From positions 33,167,648 to 33,231,647 of the forward strand of contig NC_092673.1 in NCBI RefSeq assembly GCF_964355755.1: a stretch of 64,000 nucleotides of DNA, read 5' to 3'. Shown here piece after piece: positions 23,901 through 35,925 of this stretch. This stretch comes from Antedon mediterranea (lineage: Eukaryota > Animalia > Echinodermata). The notes below the pieces were generated by a model, which saw nothing but the letters and a program-made list of their open reading frames with translations, was not told the origin of the DNA and searched no databases. Each line of letters starts with the position of its first letter. The first letter of the stretch is position 1. A program made the translations under genes and the position numbers.

Positions 23901-26900
23901 CATCAACCTTTCCAATCTTCCTCGAACCGACTCTGATTTAACCAATGCAATCTAACAAAAAGACTCTGAGCTCGCCTTGCCAAGATAGGAACTCCTAACA
24001 GTCTTTTAATCTTATGTCTGGCTGTGACAAATACCAACAGTATTGAATTAGTAGTTCTTTTTAAAAAACCAGATGAACATTTTTAACCAACAGTACAGTA
24101 TGTACATATTCTCCATGACGCACGGTGTCCAGTAAGGGCCGTGTGGAACTGATTATGTCGCAGCCACAGATAAACCCTTTGATCTTTCAAACTCCTGTTG
24201 TTAGAATAGATTGCCTTGGTTTCACCAACAAGGAATATAGTAAATTTTACGCAGACTCTGGTGAATCCTGAATAGCTTGAAGGACTGCAAATTGAGAGTC
24301 TATACATTCATTTATTTATTTCCTTTATTTTGTATAGTACATTAATATACAAAACAAATAAAACAAGAAAGCATTTCACCAGGAAATAACCATAGCATCC
24401 AAAAAATACAAAAACAACCTAAAATATCAAGGCTTGTGATATCTGCAAAAATCATTTTTGTAAATAATTTTGTATGTCTTCTTGTTCTAGGTATCTCTAT
24501 ACGATGGATGCAATGTTAACAATAATGATGACAATATTTTAAAATGTTGTCTGCAGTATCAAGAAAAAGGTAAGTAAAAAAAATAAGAAAATACAGTAAA
24601 GAAGGTTGAGGATATAAACTGAATTTTTACACTTTTAAATATATGTATATTGACAAAGGTCAATGATGAAAATGTTTTTGGAGATGGTTAAACGTCAGTA
24701 ATTTTGTTGGAGTCATGGGATACACCCAATACTCTGTATTGTATCTAGATTTCTCCAGTATCGTAGGAAATTGGTAATGCAGCATCACATGTGTTTCACA
24801 TGTGTTTTAATTTGTTGTATCGCATTGCATCATACACCATAACTTAACCTAAACATACATGAGGCAAATACTGTTGTTTGTGGAGATACACCACTAAGAA
24901 TCGTGTATGGTAATGGTATGTCAGATGAAATATATATACATATTCACATTTTGTGTTTTTATCTCTTTTTCTTTGTAGTTAAGACAGGCAGCGTTTCTCT
25001 CTGTACCAATGATATTAATCTTCAAACTAAAGCTTTAATTTCTGGCGTGAATGCATTTGCACAAAAAGTATGTATAATTTTGATAACACTATTAAATTAT
25101 ATACAACAGAAATACTGGAAACTCTTGGGCTGGTCAAAAATATCTATTTTTCTGCGGTTTCAATAATATTAATGAATTTTAAACCTTTCGAAATTGTGTA
25201 TGTGTTGTTGAGGATGATTATGAACTGACATTTTTTTGATGAAATAAAGAATAACAATTTTAATTCTATATTTCATTTAGCGCTTTACAATAGAGATAAA
25301 AAAGCTCCAACCAACTAGTTTAGGTTCACCAGATCACATGCAATTACCAATTGATTTTCCTGTGGAAAATAATGGTACAGTCCAGTCTCTTCAACCAATA
25401 GAAAATGAGTCTCACATTGCCTGCAAATTTGAAGTGGTAAGTTACTTTAATAATAGTGAGTACACTGTACACATGTGCTGAGTTTTTTGGTTGCATTTAC
25501 AGATTCCATCAGAGAAATATTTAAACTAGGCCTAGATATGACCCACACAATACCATGCTCAGGCATAATCCCCATTCCAAAATTTTTGGCTAAATTTGAA
25601 CACAAAAACATAAATTTATTGACAATGCGATCCTAGTATTGACTCACCCACTACTCTAATTTTGGCCATTTCATACTCTTGGACTATACACTGTCATATA
25701 CACTAATTATAATTTATAGACTAATTTCTATATAATTCTACATATTGGCGTATTTAACTAATGTTATACTATATAACATTTTAAACAAATATTTTTAAAC
25801 TTGTGATATTTGTGTCATTGGTTTTCAGCAATCTTTACAAGAAATAGAAACGGAAATGAAAGCGGTTTTAAAGAGCGCCCTCTCTTTGGCCTTGGAGATG
25901 GAAATGAAAGATATATATGAAGAACAATGGTAAGTAACCAGTCACAAAAGTTTGTTTAGAAAATTTGATCCTTTCCCAGATAAAATTTAAATTTTCTTTT
26001 CATACACATCAATGTCTGCCAACATACATACAAGATCAGGATTGAACCCTGGATCTTGGGATTGGAAGCATGTTAACCACCAAGCTACAGCTCTACTACA
26101 TTAAATAGAGTCAAATGTAATAATACAAATAATGACCAACTTTGTGCCCTAATGGCTTTAAATGACAGGTTACACATTATAGACCTTTTTTTTCTTTCAG
26201 GCTTGATATTGTCATCGTAAAACCTCCATGGTCTTTTAGGGATATCATGGTGTGCTATGATAAGTAAGTATTTTTTATTTATACTGTCTTTATAATGAAA
26301 TATATGTGTTTAGAACAACACCAAACATTTACACTATGTAAACGAAAAATTATTAATATTAAAAGCAACATTTTTATTTAACTAAAAAAAAATGTGCATC
26401 AAAAAAAAATTTATATGGCCCTCGACGAGCTACTACTAAAAAAATTGTTTAACACATTGGCTACCAGCGACGAGTTTACTCGTCATATCGGTATATCATA
26501 TCTTTTCTAAATAAGTACCATCTTCCAGCTAAGGGCAAGGTTTACCAATTTTTAATTTCTTTTAGACACTGGATTGCAGTGTTTGGTATGTTTCTTCCAA
26601 GGCCAATCAAATCAATTGTAACGTCACTATTACAGTATGCAAAATCATCAATACATTCCAGAGGTAAGGACTTTATAACACAATCACCTAAAGCTTGGTT
26701 CCCACTAGGACGCAATACAAGGACTTTATAACACAATCACCTAAAGCTTGGTTCCCACTAGGACGCAATGCAAGGACTTAAACACAATCACCTAAAGCTT
26801 GGTTCCCACTAGGACGCAATACAAGGACTTTATAACACAATCACCTAAAGCTTGGTTCCCACCACTAGGACGCAATACAAGGACTTTATAACACAATCAC

Positions 26901-29900
26901 CTAAAGCTTGGTTCCCACTAGGACGCAATACAAGGACTTTATAACACAATCACCTAAAGCTTGGTTCCCACTAGGACGCAATGCAAGGACTTTATAACAC
27001 AATCAACTAAAGCTTGGTTCCCACTAGGACGCAATACAATACAAGGACTTTATAACACAATCACCTAAAGCTTGGTTCCCACTAGGATGCAATGCAAGGA
27101 CTTTATAACACAATCAACTAAAGCTTGGTTCCCACTAGGACGCAATACAATACAAGGACTTTATAACACAATCACCTAAAGCTTGGTTCCCACTAGGACG
27201 CAATGCAAGGACTTTATAACACAATCACCTAAAGCTTGGTTCCCACTAGGACGCAATACAAGGACTTTATAACACAATCACCTAAAGCTTGGTTCCCACC
27301 ACTAGGACGCAATACAAGGACTTTATAACACAATCACCTAAAGCTTGGTTCCCACCACTAGGACGCAATACAAGGACTTTATAACACAATCACCTAAAGC
27401 TTGGTTCCCACTAGGACGCAATACAAGGACTTTATAACACAATCACCTAAAGCTTGGTTCCCACTAGGACGCAATGCAAGGACTTTATAACACAATCAAC
27501 TAAAGCTTGGTTCCCACTAGGACGCAATACAATACAAGGACTTTATAACACAATCACCTAAAGCTTGGTTCCCACTAGGATGCAATGCAAGGACTTTATA
27601 ACACAATCAACTAAAGCTTGGTTCCCACTAGGACGCAATACAATGCAAGGACTTAAACACAATCACCTAAAGCTTGGTTCCCACTAGGACGCAATACAAG
27701 GACTTTATAACACAATCACCTAAAGCTTGGTTCCCACTAGGACGCAATGCAAGGACTTTATAACACAATCAACTAAAGCTTGGTTCCCACTAGGACGCAA
27801 TACAATGCAAGGACTTAAACACAATCACCTAAAGCTTGGTTCCCACTAGGACGCAATACAAGGACTTTATAACACAATCACCTAAAGCTTGGTTCCCACT
27901 AGGACGCAATGCAAGGACTTTATAACACAATCACCTAAAGCTTGGTTCCCACTAGGACACAATACAAGGACTTTATAACACAATCACCTAAAGCTTGGTT
28001 CCCACCACTAGGACGCAATACAATACAAGGACTTTATAACACAATCAACTAAAGCTTGGTTCCCACTAGGACGCAATACAAGGACTTTATAACACAATCA
28101 CCTAAAGCTTGGTTCCCACCACTAGGACGCAATACAATACAAGGACTTTATAACACAATCACCTAAAGCTTGGTTCCCACTAGGACGCAATGCAAGGACT
28201 TTATAACACAATCACCTAAAGCTTGGTTCCCACCACTAGGACGCAATACAAGGACTTTATAACACAATCACCTAAAGCTTGGTTCCCACCACTAGGACGC
28301 AATACAAGGACGTAAGCAGCAACATCATTTTACCAGTTTGACAGACAGTTTGAATAATCCATCGCTTGTAACTGGTCAAATTACGTTGCGCTTATTCCTT
28401 GATTCGCATCCAAGCTTAAGTGTATCCCTGCCATTTGATTGGTCATGTGTCATTCATTAATTTTTCCCATGATTGAAGAACTACTACAGGGTATATGTAT
28501 GCTCAAACTTTTGTAAACATCAGCATTTTGTTGGAAGCGGTAACCCAGTGAATAATGTATGTTTGTGATTCAATATTCAATTTATTGTCACATTTGATTT
28601 TTTTTTATAGTTCAAAACCCAGAAAGCCTTAAGTTACTGATATCTAAGGCAATAACACTATGCCAATCTCAAGTTTCTCATTTTAAGTAAGTCTAATCTT
28701 TTTTTTATATTGATTTACTATTTGTATTACAATGTTTATATTGAGTTTTTTTTAACAGTCACTGTTTAGTAAAAAATATAACAATTTTTTTTTTAAAGGT
28801 CAAGAATTCCAGAAATACCACATGCAATAAATACGCTGCAATCGCTACGTAAACAATGCGATAATTTAATAAACAAATTGAAATCTGATACCAACGATAA
28901 AAACAAGAGTGTAGTCAACGAAGTTAAGCAAGAGGCTTTGGTAACAAGCACAGTACCTGAGAATGGAACGAGCAACCACATCGCACAGGTGTTTGATACT
29001 GTATGGCATGTCATATTACAAATAAGGTAAACAGTATATTTTACTATAATAATGAATGTTTCTAAGTGCAATGGTACAAATTATTTCATAAGGTTAAAAT
29101 AGATTGTTTCATCTTTCACCAAATTAAATAATTTGTTCCATTGCACAATTATAAAACATTACTTATTTCTTTTAAAACACCTATTTTTAATGAGAGGGTA
29201 GGCAAGGCCTAAACCAAAGAGATTGCTTGTATATTAGCCGATGTCTGTCGCAAACGACAATGTCTTGCATTCATGGATAAAACTAAGCCAGGACTGTTTA
29301 AAGCACCTTGGTTGGTCCTATCATTGATCAAGGGCTTCTCTTATCAAATGCCCACCTTAAGGCAGATACTACTGTTGATGCTGGGGCTGCCATAAGAGTC
29401 AGCATTGCTAATTTCAAATGCCTAATGGGACCCCAACTCCCGATATTCCCAGATGGTCTTCCATCCAAGCTCTAACCGGGCCCAATGTTGCTCAACTTGG
29501 GTGATCTTACGAAAACTAGTGTTTCAATGTATTAAGGAGATAAGTCATTATTGTATGCATTATTAAGACTATAATGATGATAACTTCTTTTTCTAGTGTT
29601 CTGGTATTTGATAGTCTAGGCTTCCCACATCAGCTTGTCTGTGAAGGAATAGAGGGTATGACAAGACCTAGTGTCACACAAGCCTTACAGTGGTTGTACT
29701 CATCAGGGGAAATGTTACAAAATATTGTTGAAGCTTTCCACAGGTTTGTTACAAATTTTACATATTCAATAAATTCAATATAATTAAAATTTAGTTTTAT
29801 TTTTATCTAAACATCAGGGGTTCTGAAGTTATTCAGTTTTTTTATACATGAAGTAGATGCAACGTTTTCATACATTTTGACCCAAATTCCTGTTCCAAAC

Positions 29901-31020
29901 AGGGTGCAGTCTAGGCCACCTGGACTTTCACCATACCACTCTAGAAGTTTTGCTTACTTAGTAAATCCAATCTTATATGACCAAATTCTTCCACACAATT
30001 CTGTTTTCCATGATATTGAGAAAGAACTTTATTACTCTATTGTCCATCTCTCATCCATGTACTGCTCTGCCTCTTGTTGCTTTGTTTGGTTGCCAAAATA
30101 AGATATACAGAAGTAATAGAACATAAGTTCTCATTTCATTATTTATTTGGTCTATTTAAGTATATACAAAACAAAAAAAATGAAATTGGGGAGACCAGGG
30201 TCAACCTAAGTGAACTTAATCACTGTAGCTGAGCCGGTTGACCCAACCCCAAAGTCAGTTTACACATAAAAGACATAAAGACAAAATACAGTTACAGCGA
30301 ATCAAAATGAATATGAACTTTTCTAATGAAGGCTGATGGGCTTTATAGGACTGCAGCATCTGTCAACGGTCTGGGAAGCTGGTCCCAGACACGGGGTAAC
30401 CTGATTGCTATGGAATGGAAAAAAGCCTGTGTCCTTGATGCTTGATGTCTGAAGCACAAGCGATCATTGTTCTATTAGTAAAATTGGTATCATTTACTTA
30501 CTTATTGCAGAGTGTTAGCAACATCTAGAGTATCAAAACATGACTCAAGCAAACTTCTAGAAAAACTCACACATCTCCTGGTTGAGACTAAGGTAAGAAT
30601 TATAATTTTCTCGATTATATTGAAATTTATTCATTTTTGAATAAACAATTTGACTTCAGGATTAGGCTTATATTTCAGCAAAAACAACAATTATAAATTT
30701 AGAAAGGAAATTTTTTTTAATTACAAATTAGAGGTCCCTTCACTAGGTTTGTGGTTTACCATTGTGTACCACAAACCTAACTTTAATAGCGTTATTCGCC
30801 ATGTAAAACTTGAAAACCTTTTTAGCTATTATTTATTTATTTAATTTTTGTTTGGCAGGCTACACTAGATTTTAAGATTGATGAGGATGATTTCCAACAG
30901 TTTTGCTGTGTGGAAAGTAACCGGACAATCCTAACAAATGGAGTTGTCCAACTTCAAAACATACTCGCCATGTTAGAGCAGTGTGCTGTAGCATGCTCCA
31001 GCCATCCACCTATGCATTAG
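20913..31020 (+). CDS. SWT1: SWT1-like RNA endoribonuclease (WW, Lys-rich linker, PIN domain, helical C-terminus). Exons 20913-21041, 21333-22245, 22494-22555, 23040-23127, 23556-23725, 24491-24569, 24979-25067, 25281-25436, 25829-25929, 26201-26263, 26566-26663, 28611-28686, 28799-29026, 29597-29743, 30511-30592, 30859-31020
   Basis: PIN motifs VYVVLDTNVL, IVPWVVIQELDGLK, NNDDNILKCCLQ and LCTNDINLQTKALISGV. Post-PIN segment EMKDIYEEQWLDIVIVKPPWS...HWIAVFG is typical of Swt1. WW motif LPEGW..YYFDTKTGQSSWKKP. GT/AG sites keep the frame through to TAG at 31018-31020. Confidence 0.88.
22845..22996. mobile_element. MITE fragment of the gggacac/gtgtccc (CAGT..ACTG end) family
   Basis: cccattaaagggacac ... 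gtgtcccaaagaaggggtttactgta; same family as the elements at 48004 and 58322. Confidence 0.55.
26666..28312. repeat. Minisatellite, ~51-59-bp unit x ~30, starting at the splice donor of a SWT1 intron
   Basis: Unit aaggactttataacacaatcacctaaagcttggttcccactaggacgcaatac, near-identical copies with small indels (cac, aatac). Confidence 0.97.
28270..28420. mobile_element. Palindromic MITE (aagcttggttcccactag...ccaagctt family) whose left end seeds the adjacent array
   Basis: After the last repeat the sequence continues aaggacgtaagc...ccatcgcttgtaactggtcaaattacgttgcg...ccaagcttaa, matching the copies at 35737-35925 and 55512-55637. Confidence 0.7.
29438..29532 (-). mobile_element. Degenerate 5S rRNA-derived SINE head
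   Basis: The reverse complement reads cattgaaacactagttttcgtaagatcacccaagttgagcaacattgggcccggttagagcttggatggaagaccatctgggaatatcggg, which is 5S-like with A and C boxes. Confidence 0.7.
30130..30470 (-). mobile_element. LINE (CR1/L2-like) 3' fragment
   Basis: The minus strand translates to ..HSIAIRLPRVWDQLP.., followed by a UTR ending aaataaataatgaaatgag. Confidence 0.5.
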
Positions 31021-31227
31021 TACATGTATACGGTAGAGTGATTTATTTATATACACTGTTCATAAATTGTGGAAAACTATTATGACATCTTAAGAAATGT
31101 TAAAGGTTAAATATTTTGGTCCATGGCCTACAAAACCTAAACTTCTTCAACAAGAAATATTTTGAGAATTCCATAACAAAAAAAAATACTAAAGAAATTA
31201 TTCAATTAGAAAAAACATAGCATAGTT

Positions 31228-31432
31228 ATTCAGCTCAGAGATAAATCTGATCAATAACAATTATTAAGAGGACAGAAGGTCAATTGATGCAGGTTTTTCT
31301 TAAGCTCAGAGGTAAACCTGATGCCATTTGATAAGAGGAAACCAGAATGCCAGCTAATGCAGGTTTTTCTTAAGCTCAGAGATAAACCTGATGCCATTAT
31401 TAAGAGGACAACCAATCAGCTGAAGCAGATTT
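31228..31432. repeat. Degenerate ~65-bp tandem repeat x3 downstream of the SWT1 stop
   Basis: agctcagagRtaaacctgat..taagagga recurs at ~31232, 31303 and 31373. Confidence 0.7.
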
Positions 31433-32261
31433 TTGTTTTAAATATAAATGAACATTTTAATACATACAAGTAATTAAATTGCCAAGACATTGTCATGTAT
31501 TAATAGTTAAAAAACTATTAATAACTAAATTATCTATGTCATCGTCAGGAATAATTATTCTGATTTATGATTTACGGACCACGTCAAGATTATTCTACTG
31601 CAGTTACTACAGTAAATACATTTTGCTTGACTCTTTATACCCTTTTATGCAAATTTTTTTATAATATTAATTACTTAATAATAATTTTAATAATGTTTAT
31701 TGCAGTCTACCTCATTGGAACAAACAAAAATCACATGTTATTGCAGTAAAAATATAGTTGCTGCAGTAATTAGAATAATGTAAGCATGAACTCTTTAAGA
31801 GTGTGTATTATACTTTCGTACTTAAATACTGTAGCTTGGTGGTGCTAAATAAATCCATTTTTAAATAAATTTTAAGAAAAATAAATTTAAAAAATCATTT
31901 TTTTATAAAAATAGATGGGTTTTTTTTTCAGTTTTCTTAAACTTATTATATAGATTCTATTTCGATTTAAATTATTAATTGCTTTAAAAAAAATGAGTTA
32001 AAAGAATAACATTAACAAAGAAATAAAGAAAACATGAATTTAGTTGGGCTTAATAAGAATATAAATATATTTAATTTATAAAACTATTTTATTTTATTGT
32101 GCAATACAAAAAAAGAAATTTTATATTCACATATTATTTATTGTTTCTGAAAATAAAATATATTTAAAGATTGATGCTTTATAGTCGTCTTCATTTTATG
32201 ACATTCCTTTAAAAAATATTTACATTTAAAAAAATACGTTAACAACATAAAGGTTGGTTTC

Positions 32262-32523
32262 CACGCCCGGATGCGATATTTCTTTTCGTACATAAGTTGG
32301 GGACCCCTCGTGAAACGTCACAAAATAAACATGAATATTCATTAATCATATCCATAAGGCGTGACGTAAGAATTCAGCGAACTACAATTCACTAATGCAA
32401 ACGATTTCTGTCGAGCCGTCTGTGTAGTCGAGTGGATAAGACTATGGACTTTACATGTCGATGTTTGGGTTCGACTCCCATGAGCTACTTATGTACGAAA
32501 AAAAAAATCGCCGCCCGGATGTG
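32262..32523. mobile_element. MITE-like element with ~36-bp TIRs enclosing a tRNA-like sequence (32413-32485)
   Basis: cacgcccggatgcgatatttcttttcgtacataagt ... acttatgtacgaaaaaaaaaatcgccgcccggatgtg. The interior has tagtcgagtggataag (A box) and gggttcgactccc (B box). Confidence 0.6.
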
Positions 32524-33143
32524 AGCGCGCTTCAAATAATTTGACCAATCACGATGACGCGTGCATCATTCGACCTGCCGTTTGTAATTTGTCCACCAAC
32601 CGCCTATGTGGACGTCGCGACTGTAGGCGACTAGGTATACGGTACTATAGGCAAAGGAGTCATTTTCATCAGCAACGGAAAATGAAACATAATTTGTTCA
32701 ATGACAAAATCAGTCCGACACTGTATCGATTAACTAGACAATCGGACAAATCATCCACACTTATTGATCAGGAGCGTCCCATACTAACAGGTGGTGTGCG
32801 TCCCTATATCCCCATAGCTATCACGTGTAAACTCTGGTCTAAAATCAATAATTTTGCTAAAGGGACTCAATTAACTTATGATAATTATGTGTAAACTAAC
32901 GGTCGATTTTAACCGCAAATAGACAAATGCAATTCTTTTAGTAAATCAATGCAACCTACCAGAGTTTGCCACGACACATTGCACTGATAAAATCTATACA
33001 TTAATTTGTTTTCAGTCTATCACTTTAGTTTACTCTAGTGTTGGATGCGTTTTAATTACCAATGCACTGAAAGAAATCTCGTCAAATTGAGCGTTTTGTA
33101 CTGGAAAGTGTCATTTGTCATCATCTCGTACTTTTATGTTTAA

Positions 33144-34769
33144 ATGAACGGTATAGTTTCAAACGCCGAAGAAGTAAACCTGATAAATAGAAAATCGGAA
33201 ATGTTACTCCATCCGAGAACTAGGAAACCTAACGCCGTTTTCTGGATTATACTGGTTTTAGTGTTGCTCTTCGTGTATTATTTTTCGGTGACGAATACTA
33301 AGTCGGAAACAGAAACTCTCAACGTTAACCCGAAGTTATTAGTTAATGGACATGACGTCAATCGGCAACCTGCGTTACAAGAGCAAAATGCACCAGTGAT
33401 GATAGATGTTGGCGGAGCTAATGTTCCGCAACAGCAAATACTGCAACATGGTCAACCAGTGGAAGCTGTACGATATCCTGTTGGCGTCAACCAACCACCA
33501 GTGAACCAACAACCATTGAACCAACAACCAGTGAACCAACAACCACTGAACCAACAACCATTGAACCAACAACCAGTGAACCAACAACCTCTGAACCAAC
33601 AACCATTGAACCAACAACCATTGAACCAACAACCAGTGAACCAACAACCTCTGCAACAAGCTGCTCAATATGTCGTCGAAAAGAAGCCGGCAAAACGTGG
33701 CGGATTTGCAAATCCTCTTCCATTACACCAGGAACCAGAGCTTCTACGGCCAGAAATAGCGGGGAAGTTTCTCGATCTGGGACACGGACTACAAGTACGA
33801 AAGGACGCCAACCCAGACTACATAGATGCTGTACTAAACAACCAGAATGCAGACAATGTCCCTGTAATCCCGCGATTTAATCCAAATAAACACGTACAAA
33901 ACAAGAGGTTCGAAGATTTTGCAGACGTCAAAAGACCAGACCCAAAGTCTTTCCCGGTGGGCCTATACTTAAGACCCACCTCTTGCGAAGCAGCAGATTT
34001 GGTTGTTCTTGTGACCACTACAGTGAAAGAAGCACATCTACGCTCAATGATTCGTCGAACCTGGGGCAAGAAAGCTAACGTAGATAAACCAGAAACAATA
34101 GTAGGTAATTGGAAGATTTACTTTCTGATGGGTAGACCTCGGAACAGCACTGATAATGAAGCCATCGTCAAAGAATCGCAGTTAAATAATGACATCATTC
34201 AAGGAGATTTTATAGATATGCTGGAAGAGACAACAAGAAAAGTTTTGATGGGGATGCAGTGGGTTGTTGATAGTAACTGCCAACCTCCGCATATTTTAAG
34301 AGCAGAAACGGATATGTACATTAACATTCCTTCTCTTTTATATTGGTTAACCACCCAAACACGTGGTAGTTTATACATAGGCCATGTTGTACGTCGAAAT
34401 GTTCCGAATCGTGACGTAGAAAGTCCGTATTATATCCCAGAAACGGATTATCCCAGATCGACTTTACCAGATTACGCTAATGCGCCCGTATATCTTATTT
34501 CGTACAACTACGTCACTCAGTTTCTCAAAGCCATTCCATCCGTCACACCAGTTGCAATGGATGGTGTGTACATAGGACTTCTGGCGGAGAGTCAAGGAAT
34601 TAAACCAATACATAGCGAACATTTTGTTTTGATGAAAAGACCGTCTAATGTTTGTGTGTACAAACACATGTTCTTCATTTTCAAAATTTCCGAAGGTGAA
34701 CTAATTCATATATATCACGTGGTAGAACGGCATTTAAAGGACAGGGAATGTGGTAGAACGGATTTTTAA
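33144..34769 (+). CDS. GT31 beta-1,3-galactosyltransferase-like type II membrane protein, single coding exon, 541 aa
   Basis: TM segment FWIILVLVLLFVYYF. Galactosyl_T-type motifs LVVLVTT, RSMIRRTWG, YFLMG, ES....DIIQGDFID, LYIG, P.RD..SPYYIP..DYP...LPDY. The start could be Met1 or Met20. Confidence 0.9.
   Translation: MNGIVSNAEEVNLINRKSEMLLHPRTRKPNAVFWIILVLVLLFVYYFSVTNTKSETETLNVNPKLLVNGHDVNRQPALQEQNAPVMIDVGGANVPQQQILQHGQPVEAVRYPVGVNQPPVNQQPLNQQPVNQQPLNQQPLNQQPVNQQPLNQQPLNQQPLNQQPVNQQPLQQAAQYVVEKKPAKRGGFANPLPLHQEPELLRPEIAGKFLDLGHGLQVRKDANPDYIDAVLNNQNADNVPVIPRFNPNKHVQNKRFEDFADVKRPDPKSFPVGLYLRPTSCEAADLVVLVTTTVKEAHLRSMIRRTWGKKANVDKPETIVGNWKIYFLMGRPRNSTDNEAIVKESQLNNDIIQGDFIDMLEETTRKVLMGMQWVVDSNCQPPHILRAETDMYINIPSLLYWLTTQTRGSLYIGHVVRRNVPNRDVESPYYIPETDYPRSTLPDYANAPVYLISYNYVTQFLKAIPSVTPVAMDGVYIGLLAESQGIKPIHSEHFVLMKRPSNVCVYKHMFFIFKISEGELIHIYHVVERHLKDRECGRTDF
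33486..33658 (+). repeat. 15-bp coding tandem repeat, (V/L)NQQP x11
   Basis: Tandem gtg/ttg/ctg-aaccaacaacca units within the CDS stem region. Confidence 0.95.
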
Positions 34770-34997
34770 AAATATAAAAGACAATTTAGATTATTTCTTA
34801 CCTAGTCCATAACTATACTATCAAACTTGATCAATCTTTTGGTATGGTAAACTATGAGTTTACCACTGTTTGTGACATGCCTGTCAAAGGCTGTCGATTT
34901 GTTCATTTGCATCACGTTTCTGTTAAACTGTTATTGATTCGCTGAAATTATTATCGTAAACCTAAACAAACTTTAGTTTGTCAAGAAGGTGCATGGT

Positions 34998-35115
34998 AAA
35001 GCTCTGTCTAGACTATCAAACTTTATGTGACAAAATTACGATGACGTCATATCACTACCATATTTGGGCATCACATTTTTGTCACATAAAGTTTGATAGT
35101 GTAGATAGAGTTTTA
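34998..35115. mobile_element. Harbinger/Tourist-like MITE (agctctgtctacactatcaaact...agtttgatagtgtagacagagct). Further copies at ~37938-38037, 52155-52284, 56491-56662 and 61244-61402
   Basis: Terminal inverted repeats flanked by taa/tta and a shared core atcactaccatatttgggcat. The superfamily call is inferred from the TIR and TWA flanks. Confidence 0.75.
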
Positions 35116-35736
35116 TCTTTCTTCAGTTTGTCAAAGTTCCTCATCTGGTTAACATCCACTAGCAAACTTTCAAAAACGAAAATAAAAAGTTTCATCAGGG
35201 TTTGCTATGCTGCTGCCCTAGTGTACACTAACAAGCTTTGCAAAACTATTCCTGTAAAACGTTTTTTAGTTTACAAAGTTTACTAGTGTATAAGGTACCG
35301 TTAAATACTGACAAATTGTGTTTGCAAGTTAAATTTTTTCAAGAAAAGTTTCAAAATGTTGCTAGTGCAGACCAGTTAACAAACTTTGGCAAACTACACT
35401 TGCAAACTTTAGTTTGCAAACTTGAGCGTGACACACAATGCTAGTGTAGACTCTAGTTGGCAAAGAGCTTGCAATATATTGGTGACGTTAGAAAAAGTTA
35501 AAACAAATCTCGAGTCATTGCACGCACTCGGTCTCTCTGCGTTTTAAGTTTATTGCTCATAGCATCAGTTTCTGTACTACGTTTAATCAGGGAAGAGTGA
35601 ATGTTTTCCCTGGTTTAATTCATGTTAATATTGCAGTTGCTGGTTCATGCACGCTACAATGAATACAAAACACAACTATTATTGATTGTTGTTATAATAT
35701 GCACCCAACATGGAATTATAAATTAGCGCTTATTGT

Positions 35737-35925
35737 AAAGCTTGGTTCCCACTAGAACGTAACGCAATGATGTAAACGCAACGCAAGCGTTTTAACCAAT
35801 GACAGGCGAAGTTAGGCCTATAGACAGTTAGCAATCACAAGCGAATAAGCCATCGCTTGTGATTGGTCAATTCACTTGCGTTGCGTTACGTCCTTGTGTT
35901 GCGTCGCTAGTGGGAACGACGCTTA
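35737..35925. mobile_element. Palindromic MITE (aagcttggttcccactag...ctagtgggaac)
   Basis: Long imperfect hairpin: cccactag/ctagtggg, cgcaacgcaag/cttgcgttgcg, caatcacaagcga/tcgcttgtgattg. Confidence 0.8.

Noticed and set aside
26666-28312. Regular short repeats with a palindromic aagctt, superficially CRISPR-like
   Set aside because: No unique spacers, no cas genes, eukaryotic intron; it is a MITE-derived minisatellite.
33375-33723. Minus-strand ORFs with WLLVQ / VVGS repeats
   Set aside because: Antisense readings of the NQQP coding repeat.
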